From positions 2,550,001 to 2,582,000 of the forward strand of contig NC_006512.1 of assembly GCF_000008465.1 (NCBI RefSeq): a DNA stretch of 32,000 nucleotides, in the 5' to 3' direction. Below the pieces are notes generated by a model. That model made no database searches, had not been told where the DNA came from, and saw nothing but the letters and a program-made list of their open reading frames with translations. The stretch is from Idiomarina loihiensis L2TR. Lineage in GTDB: Bacteria > Pseudomonadota > Gammaproteobacteria > Enterobacterales > Alteromonadaceae. The number at the start of each line of letters is the position of its first letter. Within the stretch, counting starts at the first letter, position 1. Shown piece after piece: positions 8,360-15,748 of the stretch. A program made the translations under genes and the position numbers.

Positions 8360-9534
8360 TTCAACGCACGTAATAACACATCGTCAAACCTCAGATCTGT
8401 TATTTGTGCAGACTCCAACGCTATTTTATGCTCAATGCCGTGCTGCTCTAACAACTGCCGGGTAGCCTGCAGGCAATTCTTATTTTGCTCTGCTGACAGC
8501 GTTGACATGAGTACAACGATAATTCCTTTTCCTAAGCAACCCGGAGTGTCGTAATCCTGAATGTTCTGACGGACAATTTTGCTGACGGCTTTTAACGTTT
8601 CTGCGTTATTTGCAACGCGCACGACCATGACATAATACTGATGCTCAGAATGAGCCTGGTATAAACTAAAGCGCCGTTGCAGAGACTGCAGCATAAGCCG
8701 TCGATTATAAAATCCGGTGTGCTCGTCATTGCCACCGGTTTCCCTGAGCTTGAGCTCAAGTTCTTTATAGTCGGTAATATTCTGCGTGGTACCAAAAATA
8801 ATTTCACGCCCGGCTTCGTCAATGCGATAAATCCCCGACTGCCGTAACCATCGGATTTCACCGTCGCCAAGCATAATACGATGCTCGACATCTCTCGCGC
8901 CAGACTGTTTAACGGCATTAATTGCGTCGGTTACCGCTTGTCTGTCTTCGGGATGAGTTCTTTCTAAAGTCAGGGCTAATGAGGGCGTTACCCTGGACTT
9001 GTCCAAACCATGTAAATTGTACATGGTATCCGACCACTGCGACTGCCCGGTTTCTAAATCAAGCTGCCAATGCCCGAGCCCGGCAACTCGTTCAGCAAGC
9101 ATTAAATTTCGCTGGTTCTCTTCAACTTTCAGCTCCAGCATTTTTCTCTCAGTAATGTCCAGCATCTGTCCATTCCAGAGTGTACTGCCGTCGGCCTGTT
9201 GACTGGTCACTGCGTGCCCGTATATCCAGCTTACTCTTCCATTTTTAATCACTCGATACTCTTTCACCCACAAATATTGATAGCGGGCAGAGTTGTGCAT
9301 ACTGCTCAAAACAGATTGTAAGTCGTCGGGATGAATAATTTCACTCAGCAATGTCACGTCATTTGCCAGTGACTCAGCAGAGCACCCAAAAATGGCCTCA
9401 ACGCCCTGACTGACATAATTAAATTTCAATTGCCCGTCCGGTGAGCGTTCAAGCTGGTATAGCGCACCCGGTACCGAGTTTGCTAAATGTTCAAGATTAA
9501 CCAAGCTTTTTTCAAAATCCATAAACTGCAACAT
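8356..9534 (-). CDS. Cytoplasmic PAS-PAS signalling protein with a degenerate, shortened GGDEF-like C-terminal domain
   Basis: There are two PAS/PAC modules (..YVSQGVEAIFG.., ..ITERK..; ..GHWQLDL..QWSD..HPEDR.., ..QNITDYK..). These are followed by the GGDEF-domain entry motif DEHTGFYNRRL. However, GKGII stands where GG[DE]EF would be, and the D-x-D...GH..GD segment is missing. Confidence 0.75.
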   Translation of the reverse strand: MLQFMDFEKSLVNLEHLANSVPGALYQLERSPDGQLKFNYVSQGVEAIFGCSAESLANDVTLLSEIIHPDDLQSVLSSMHNSARYQYLWVKEYRVIKNGRVSWIYGHAVTSQQADGSTLWNGQMLDITERKMLELKVEENQRNLMLAERVAGLGHWQLDLETGQSQWSDTMYNLHGLDKSRVTPSLALTLERTHPEDRQAVTDAINAVKQSGARDVEHRIMLGDGEIRWLRQSGIYRIDEAGREIIFGTTQNITDYKELELKLRETGGNDEHTGFYNRRLMLQSLQRRFSLYQAHSEHQYYVMVVRVANNAETLKAVSKIVRQNIQDYDTPGCLGKGIIVVLMSTLSAEQNKNCLQATRQLLEQHGIEHKIALESAQITDLRFDDVLLRALN

Positions 9535-9675
9535 GACTCTTTATCGACAACTATAACAGCCATAATCTTAACCTACAGGCCAGAAACTAGACAGCAAATA
9601 AATGCAAAGTGACCCATTACAAATCTTTTTAAGTAGTCTATATATAAATAAATCATAATAAAAACAGGAGCTTTT

Positions 9676-11718
9676 ATGTCAGCCGAGAAGCAAAAATGGC
9701 ATTCTGCAATTTTACTGCCAGTATTTCTTCCTGCGGTTATCGTTATAGCTTTACTGGTTATAGGCACTTTAAGTGCCCCGGAAAAAGCCGGCGAGCTGTT
9801 TGACTGGACACTGGCTGGTATTACCGACAACTTCGGTTGGTTTTATATGTTAGCAGTCGCACTTTTTCTCATGTTTATTATTGGTGTGGCCGTTTCAAGT
9901 TGGGGCAAAATTAAATTAGGACCCGACCATTGCGAACCGGAGTACAGTTTTACGTCCTGGTTCGCCATGCTATTTTCCGCCGGATACGGTATTGCCTTGC
10001 TGTTCTTTGGTGTATCCGAGCCCATACTGCATTATGCCGAACCACCGGCAGGCGCTGCAGAAACCGTAAGTTCAGCCAAGCAGGCTATGCAAATTGCGTA
10101 TTTCCACTGGGGTTTTCATATCTGGGCTATTTATGGCTTAGTTGGCTTAGTACTAGCTTACTTTTCGTTTCGTCACGGGTTACCGCTTTCTATGCGTTCA
10201 ACGCTCTACCCGCTTATTGGCGACAGAATCAACGGCCCTATTGGGCATACAGTCGATACCTTCGCGATCCTCGGCACCATGTTTGGTATTGCGACAACCC
10301 TTGGGCTTTCGGTTATTCAAATTAATGCAGGCCTCAACTACCTGTGGGAGGACATTCCGGTTGGTAAAACGGTTCAGGTTATTTCGATTGGCGTCATCAC
10401 GTTAGCCGCAATCGCCTCGGTCGTTGCTGGTATGGATAAAGGCATTAAACGGCTGTCCCTGATTAACATAACCTTAGTCATATTCTTGTTGCTGTTTGTT
10501 TTCGCGGTTGGGCCGACTATCCATATTCTGGAAACCTTCTTGCAAAATACCGGCGCTTACATAAGTGGCATTGTAGAGCGCACCTTCAATTTACAGGCCT
10601 ATGAGCGCAGTGACTGGATTGGTAACTGGACATTATTTATCTTCGGCTGGACCATTGCCTGGGCACCTTTTGTCGGGCTGTTTATTGCCAAAATCAGCCG
10701 CGGCCGCACCATCCGCCAGTTTGTTTTTGGCGTTATGCTGGTACCAACCATATTCACTTTCTTCTGGTTTGCCGTATTCGGTGACACAGCGTTGAATATG
10801 ATCATGAACGAGGGTTACACAACCTTAATTTCAGAAGTTCAGGATAACCAGGCAGTAGCGCTGTTTAAGCTCTACGAAAATCTGCCTATGACCAGTGTCC
10901 TGAGCTTCCTGACAGTACTGTTAATCATCACCTTCTTTGTAACGTCATCGGATTCTGGCTCATTGGTTATTGATTCATTGTCCTCTGGCGGCATGATGGA
11001 AACGCCTGTCTGGCAGCGTGTTTTCTGGGCGAGCACTGAAGGTATTGTTGCATCCGTATTGCTCGTAGCGGGTGGGTTAGGAGCTCTGCAAACCGCAGCT
11101 ATTACCAGCGCGTTACCCTTTGCGATCATTATCTTAATATCGGCGGCGGGTATGTGGCGTGCGCTCATAATTGAAGGTCATCAGTCTAAAAGTCTTCAGA
11201 GTCACCGCCATTCTCATCGTCGCGGAGTCAACGAGGGAGCCGACTATTGGAAAAAACGTCTGGCTGGGCTGGTAGACTTTCCGAATAAAGAGTCAGTACT
11301 TAAGTTTATCAACGGACCAGCTACCGAAAGCATGAAAAAGGTGCGGGACGAGTTAAAAGATCAGGACTGGCCGGCAGAATTCCGAGCTGACGAAGAGCAT
11401 AACCGCATTATTCTCAGCGTTGAGCGAAAAGGCGACTTAGAATTTGCTTACGAAATTCGCTTAAAAGACTACCTGCTGCCAGAGTATGCTTTAACTAACG
11501 ATGAAGGCAGAGAAGTTTATTATCGAGCTGAAGTATTCCTCAGACAAGGTGGGCAGTCTTATAATCTATATGGTTATGAGCAGACTGATATCATCAACGA
11601 TGTGATTAATCAGTTTGAGAACTATCTGCACTTCCGTCATAACAGTCCCGGAGTTCTCCCGTGGGACCTTGAAAAGCATGACGAAGACCTGAATGAAGAC
11701 CTTGAATCACAAAAGTAA
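9676..11718 (+). CDS. BCCT-family (betaine/choline/carnitine) transporter with a long cytoplasmic C-terminal tail, BetT-like
   Basis: The 680-aa product carries the BCCT signature region NWTLFIFGWTIAWAPFVGLFIAKISRGRTIRQF. It has 12 TM segments followed by a hydrophilic tail of about 180 aa. An AGGAG Shine-Dalgarno precedes the ATG. Confidence 0.9.
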   Translation: MSAEKQKWHSAILLPVFLPAVIVIALLVIGTLSAPEKAGELFDWTLAGITDNFGWFYMLAVALFLMFIIGVAVSSWGKIKLGPDHCEPEYSFTSWFAMLFSAGYGIALLFFGVSEPILHYAEPPAGAAETVSSAKQAMQIAYFHWGFHIWAIYGLVGLVLAYFSFRHGLPLSMRSTLYPLIGDRINGPIGHTVDTFAILGTMFGIATTLGLSVIQINAGLNYLWEDIPVGKTVQVISIGVITLAAIASVVAGMDKGIKRLSLINITLVIFLLLFVFAVGPTIHILETFLQNTGAYISGIVERTFNLQAYERSDWIGNWTLFIFGWTIAWAPFVGLFIAKISRGRTIRQFVFGVMLVPTIFTFFWFAVFGDTALNMIMNEGYTTLISEVQDNQAVALFKLYENLPMTSVLSFLTVLLIITFFVTSSDSGSLVIDSLSSGGMMETPVWQRVFWASTEGIVASVLLVAGGLGALQTAAITSALPFAIIILISAAGMWRALIIEGHQSKSLQSHRHSHRRGVNEGADYWKKRLAGLVDFPNKESVLKFINGPATESMKKVRDELKDQDWPAEFRADEEHNRIILSVERKGDLEFAYEIRLKDYLLPEYALTNDEGREVYYRAEVFLRQGGQSYNLYGYEQTDIINDVINQFENYLHFRHNSPGVLPWDLEKHDEDLNEDLESQK

Positions 11719-11731
11719 AAGGAACGTAAAG

Positions 11732-11757
11732 AAGCCGCTCTCCGGAGCGGCTTTTTA
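11732..11757 (+). terminator. Rho-independent terminator of the BCCT gene
   Basis: The sequence AAGCCGCTC-TCCG-GAGCGGCTT forms a perfect 9-bp stem followed by a T-run. It lies 14 nt after the stop codon. Confidence 0.8.
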
Positions 11758-11830
11758 GTGGTCGGACTGTTGATAGCAGGAGACATGTGCGAGAATAGCC
11801 ATATTGTCAGTATGGAGTTTAACTATCACT

Positions 11831-12721
11831 ATGGAACGTGTTGATACAAGCCCGCAAAAGCTAAGCCCGATGCCCAGCATGTTACTGCGTTCTCTGTTAA
11901 CGTTACAACGCAGCGATGAGTCAGCAGCAGAGTCTGAAACTTTGCTCAAAGAGTATTCTATTCCTGCGCCAACAGCTAAGCATCTGAGCCGTTATCAACA
12001 GTCGTTTGGTGGTTTTGTCAGTGATGTTCCTCTGGCCATGCTGTACTGCATTGCGCAAAGAGCTCATTTATCGCAAATGCTTGATGACAGCTTTCCCTGG
12101 CCTGCGCCTGGTCTGGTTCATGTCAGTAATAAAATTGAACGCCACCAGGTTATTTCTGCACAAGTGCCTTTTCAATTAGTATCCAAAGTGAAAGTACCCA
12201 AACGTGGTCCTGATGTTTCTCCGCGCCGACTGCGGCCTCAATTTGTGGTTGAGTTCTGGCAAAATAATGAGAAAGTAGCAACATGCTCCAGCGTTTATCA
12301 GGTTATGAGCGGACAAAACACCGGGTCAACGAAGAAATCGACGCCTCCAATAAAAGCATTTGAGCCGGAAGCCGGCTGGGAAAATCTCAGTCACTGGCAA
12401 TTAGGCAGCGGTATGGGCAGACGCTATGCGCGCATCTCCGGCGACTTTAACCCTATTCATTTGCATCCGCTGGTATCACGCTGGTTTGGCTTTGAAAAAC
12501 CAATTATTCATGGCATGTATATGATGGCAAGAGCTCAGGCTGAGCTCGAGCAACGTCAGCAGAAACCTGTAACTTATATCGACGTTACCTTTAAGCGCCC
12601 AGTTATTTTACCTGCACGGGTACAGCTATGGGCGTCAGAGCAAGATGATAAAACCAAATACGAAGTGCGCAGTGCGGATCACAGCTCACTAAAGCTGGAA
12701 GGGTCAGTTCGTTTCGACTAA
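11831..12721 (+). CDS. MaoC-like (R)-hydratase / double hot-dog fold protein
   Basis: The C-terminal hot-dog carries the MaoC hydratase motif region YARISGDFNPIHLHP...GFEKPIIHGMY. I prefer the ATG at 11831 (MERVD...) over the TTG at 11804 used by the ORF track. Confidence 0.75.
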   Translation: MERVDTSPQKLSPMPSMLLRSLLTLQRSDESAAESETLLKEYSIPAPTAKHLSRYQQSFGGFVSDVPLAMLYCIAQRAHLSQMLDDSFPWPAPGLVHVSNKIERHQVISAQVPFQLVSKVKVPKRGPDVSPRRLRPQFVVEFWQNNEKVATCSSVYQVMSGQNTGSTKKSTPPIKAFEPEAGWENLSHWQLGSGMGRRYARISGDFNPIHLHPLVSRWFGFEKPIIHGMYMMARAQAELEQRQQKPVTYIDVTFKRPVILPARVQLWASEQDDKTKYEVRSADHSSLKLEGSVRFD

Positions 12722-12736
12722 CCCTTCCGGGGTGCC

Positions 12737-14011
12737 TTACTGGTGCTTATAAACCTTGCCGTCTTTCATCACGAAGCTCACATTTTGTAGTACCGTGATG
12801 TCCTCCAGCGGATTCCCTTTTACAGCAACAATATCGGCCAATTTGCCTTCTTCAAGATGGCCAATATTGTCATTTTTCAGTATTTTCGCTGCTGTTTTAG
12901 TCGCTGACTGAATTGCTTCTGCTTCCGATACACCGGCCTCTACCATGTACTGGAATTCAAGCGCGTTATCGCCATGCGCTGAAACACCACTATCGGTGCC
13001 AAAAGCAAAGTTCACACCAGCCTTATAAGCCTTAGCAAAAGTGTCCTGAATTTGGGGTCCTATGGCACGTGCTTTTGGTCTGACAACATCGGGGAAATAG
13101 CCGTCAATTTCAGCTTTCTTAGCAACAAATTTACCGGCCATAATTGTCGGAACCAAATAGGTACCATGTTCTTTCATTGCAGCAATCACTTCGTCATCCA
13201 TGTAAGTGCCATGTTCCACCGAGGTGATCCCCGCTTTTACAGCACGTAACATACCGGCTTTGCCGTGAGCATGGGCTGCAACGTGAAAGTTATAATCGTT
13301 AGCAATATCCACCAGAGCTTTTAATTCATCATCGGTAAACTGTGGGTTATCGCCACTACTGGCCATACTTAAAACACCACCTGTTGCGGTAATTTTGATG
13401 AAATCAGCTCCATCTTTATAATGCTGGCGTACGGCCTCACGTGCGCCCGCCGCACTGTTAATGACACCGTCTTTTGGTGTGGGACGCCCCATGAGTTCTT
13501 CCTTCCAACCATTAGTAGGGTCGGCATGCCCACCTGTCGTTGCCAACGATTTGCCCGCAGAATAAATTCTGGGGCCATCAACGACACCGTCATTGATGGC
13601 ATCGCGCAGAGCAATAGTTACATTATAAGAGTCGCCCGGATTTCTTACCGTGGTAAAGCCCGCATTCAGCGTTTTCATACCGTAGTGCTGAGCAGTTAAA
13701 GCGAGATCGGCCGGGTTTTCAGTAAACTGTTTTATGTATGAATTCGGCCCGGACTGACCGTCAAGGTGCACGTGTAAGTCGATAAGACCGGGTAAACAGG
13801 TATGAGAACTCAAGTCGGTAATCGAAGCATCATCACCGGGTCGGTTCACTTTTACAGCGGTAATTTTGTTGTCAGTAACTTCAATATAACGCTCACCAGC
13901 CAGACGACCACTCTCACTATCAAAAACGTTTCCGCAGTGCAGCCATTCACCGGCTTGAGCGGAATGCCCGGCTAAAGCGACAGTCAATCCGATAGCTATC
14001 TTTTTCAGCAT
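12737..14011 (-). CDS. Secreted metal-dependent amidohydrolase (Xaa-Pro dipeptidase / imidazolonepropionase-like family)
   Basis: A signal peptide is present ([20 protein letters not shown]). The amidohydrolase metal ligands are [11 protein letters not shown], ..HAHG.., ..SVEHG.. and ..FGTDSG... Confidence 0.8.
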   Translation of the reverse strand: MLKKIAIGLTVALAGHSAQAGEWLHCGNVFDSESGRLAGERYIEVTDNKITAVKVNRPGDDASITDLSSHTCLPGLIDLHVHLDGQSGPNSYIKQFTENPADLALTAQHYGMKTLNAGFTTVRNPGDSYNVTIALRDAINDGVVDGPRIYSAGKSLATTGGHADPTNGWKEELMGRPTPKDGVINSAAGAREAVRQHYKDGADFIKITATGGVLSMASSGDNPQFTDDELKALVDIANDYNFHVAAHAHGKAGMLRAVKAGITSVEHGTYMDDEVIAAMKEHGTYLVPTIMAGKFVAKKAEIDGYFPDVVRPKARAIGPQIQDTFAKAYKAGVNFAFGTDSGVSAHGDNALEFQYMVEAGVSEAEAIQSATKTAAKILKNDNIGHLEEGKLADIVAVKGNPLEDITVLQNVSFVMKDGKVYKHQ

Positions 14012-14105
14012 AGTTCCCCCTAATCTTCATTCTGGTTATTGTTCTTCTTTGATACTCCGAACTCTAACCAATTGCAACGGCAGCGACCAGCATTGAGACA
14101 AAAAG

Positions 14106-14558
14106 TCAGTCTTTGTCGATAGTTACCGGAATAGGGGTCCCCCAAAACTCTCTAATTTGTGCATCATTACTTACTAATGAAGCAAGAGTATAGCCCGCCA
14201 GAAAGTCGTAGAAGGTTTCTTTCCCCTGATTGATCACATGTTTCAGCTCGCAAACAGGAAAAATAGCGCACTCGGGTTTATGGCAGTCGACCCAGTACTC
14301 ATCACCCTCCAGTCTGCGTATGACTTTATCCAGCCGTATATCAGCCGGTTCAATAGCCAGCAGGAAGCCACCATTTTTGCCTCGACGTGTTTCAATTAGA
14401 CCTTCTTTGCCTAATTGATGAACGACCTTATTTAAGTGATTGCGGGGAACATTGAATATGCCGCTCAACTCATCAATAGTGGCGCGCTTCGTATCCTCTT
14501 TTGCAGCCAGATACATAAGAACTCGCAGACCGTAATCTGTGTACTTTTTTAATTGCAT
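14106..14558 (-). CDS. nsrR: Rrf2-family [Fe-S] transcriptional regulator, NsrR-like
   Basis: It has a winged HTH (MQLKKYTDYGLRVLMYLA...RRGKNGGFLLA) and three Cys with spacing C92-x4-C97-x5-C103. This spacing and the flanking residues (..P.C.LK..; YTLA.LV) resemble E. coli NsrR from memory. Confidence 0.68.
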   Translation of the reverse strand: MQLKKYTDYGLRVLMYLAAKEDTKRATIDELSGIFNVPRNHLNKVVHQLGKEGLIETRRGKNGGFLLAIEPADIRLDKVIRRLEGDEYWVDCHKPECAIFPVCELKHVINQGKETFYDFLAGYTLASLVSNDAQIREFWGTPIPVTIDKD

Positions 14559-14576
14559 GGTGGCGCCCTTTTGCCG

Positions 14577-15503
14577 TTATTCGCTCTGTTGCTTAAATGT
14601 CATTTGACGGCCCCCACGAGTGCTCAATATCAAGCGCCCTTTATCATCAATATTCACTTGATAAACTCGCTCCAGAACACTTCTGAACTCTTGAGAGAGT
14701 TCGTTAGCCTCGCCATTGCAGGCCATTTTTGTGCTTCCGGTAACCCGAATTTGAGCTAGTTCTCCACCCATGTTGTAGTTTCCAAAATAACGATTACAGC
14801 CATTAAAACCGGCAAGCTGGCTGTCTTTCAAAAACTGAATGGTTGCCGGCTTAGAATGTATCGCATGGCCTTCAAATTCAGAGAGCTCCCAGGTAGCCCC
14901 CTGAAGTAACCATTCGCTATCGCCACCGCAGCCAGAATACATGCGGTCAGATTCTTGTAAGTCGACCTGGTATGGATATAAACGTCCGCTCATCGAATCG
15001 CGACATAGTCTGTCAATAACAATAAGATGTTTATCGGTCGTCGACTCAATACGCCATTCATAAGGTTGCTCAGAAACAACCTCCGCTGCGACTAAATCAA
15101 TAATTGCTTCGCTCTCAGGAGTGGTCAGTGCCATATGCTGTGGATTTACCGCCACTTGCCAAAAAGGCTCATTACCTCTTGCCGTAAAGTGTTTGGGTAA
15201 AGTGCCTTGCTCAACACACAGCGGCATTTCCTGACCCCGCCAGGTAATATCGGCTTCGTTACCTTTATTCCAGACTTGAGTTAATGGCTCTTTATCATTT
15301 GAGTAACGAGCTCCGGAGCCACTCACAGCCCGAGGTAACTCTTCCTGTTGCGACCCGTAACTTAACAGCACACCGTTTTCTTTTTGCAGTACACTGAGCT
15401 CGCTGGCACCACACTGGTAATATGTCGGCACTTGCTCTTTCGGAGTTAACAGGGCGCAACCTGACAGCAGCATTACAACGAGAATAGAGACACTTCCTTT
15501 CAT
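14577..15503 (-). CDS. Lipoprotein with an MliC-like N-terminal domain and a C-terminal META (HslJ-like) domain
   Basis: A lipobox is present (MKGSVSILVVMLLSGC). I prefer the ATG at 15503 over the one at 15527. The C-terminal segment W.L..F.G......ATIQF..D.QLAGF.GCNRY.G.Y......I......TKMAC is META-like. The gene ends 18 nt upstream of the nsrR-like gene, so the two are probably co-transcribed. Confidence 0.62.
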   Translation of the reverse strand: MKGSVSILVVMLLSGCALLTPKEQVPTYYQCGASELSVLQKENGVLLSYGSQQEELPRAVSGSGARYSNDKEPLTQVWNKGNEADITWRGQEMPLCVEQGTLPKHFTARGNEPFWQVAVNPQHMALTTPESEAIIDLVAAEVVSEQPYEWRIESTTDKHLIVIDRLCRDSMSGRLYPYQVDLQESDRMYSGCGGDSEWLLQGATWELSEFEGHAIHSKPATIQFLKDSQLAGFNGCNRYFGNYNMGGELAQIRVTGSTKMACNGEANELSQEFRSVLERVYQVNIDDKGRLILSTRGGRQMTFKQQSE

Positions 15504-15658
15504 ATGTATCGCGGGCATACTTGCCATCCTTATATTTTTAACCGTTAAGTTAGAATTCTATAGATCGCGCTGGTAATTGCATTAATTCTTCCAAGTCTTT
15601 TTCAAATCTGTGGAAGCAGCGCCAGAATCAAGAGCTAGATCAAAAAACAACGGAATCT

Positions 15659-15695
15659 ATTATTGCGAATCATTCTTATTTTAATTATCATCCCC
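15659..15695 (+). promoter_or_regulatory. Candidate Fur operator (two overlapping Fur-box-like 19-mers) upstream of the TonB-dependent receptor
   Basis: ATTATTGCGAATCATTCTT and TATTTTAATTATCATCCCC each match 12 of 19 positions of GATAATGAT(A/T)ATCATTATC, by hand alignment. They lie 55-90 bp upstream of the receptor ATG. Confidence 0.4.
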
Positions 15696-15748
15696 TCGAA
15701 TTTAATTAATCTAAAATAACTTTTTAATAAAGGTGAACCGAGTCCGTT

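Noticed and set aside
9573-9830. An 85-aa ORF (-) spanning the PAS-protein/BCCT intergenic region, and a 64-aa ORF (-) at 11755-11949.
   Set aside because: Both overlap the 5' ends of well-supported plus-strand genes. They lack Shine-Dalgarno sequences and any domain-like sequence, and the second runs through the BCCT terminator.
15528-15748. A possible cobalamin or other riboswitch in the roughly 220-bp leader of the TonB-dependent receptor.
   Set aside because: No B12-box-like GC-rich conserved core and no extended stem architecture are visible. The region is AT-rich and promoter-like, with Fur-box-like repeats.
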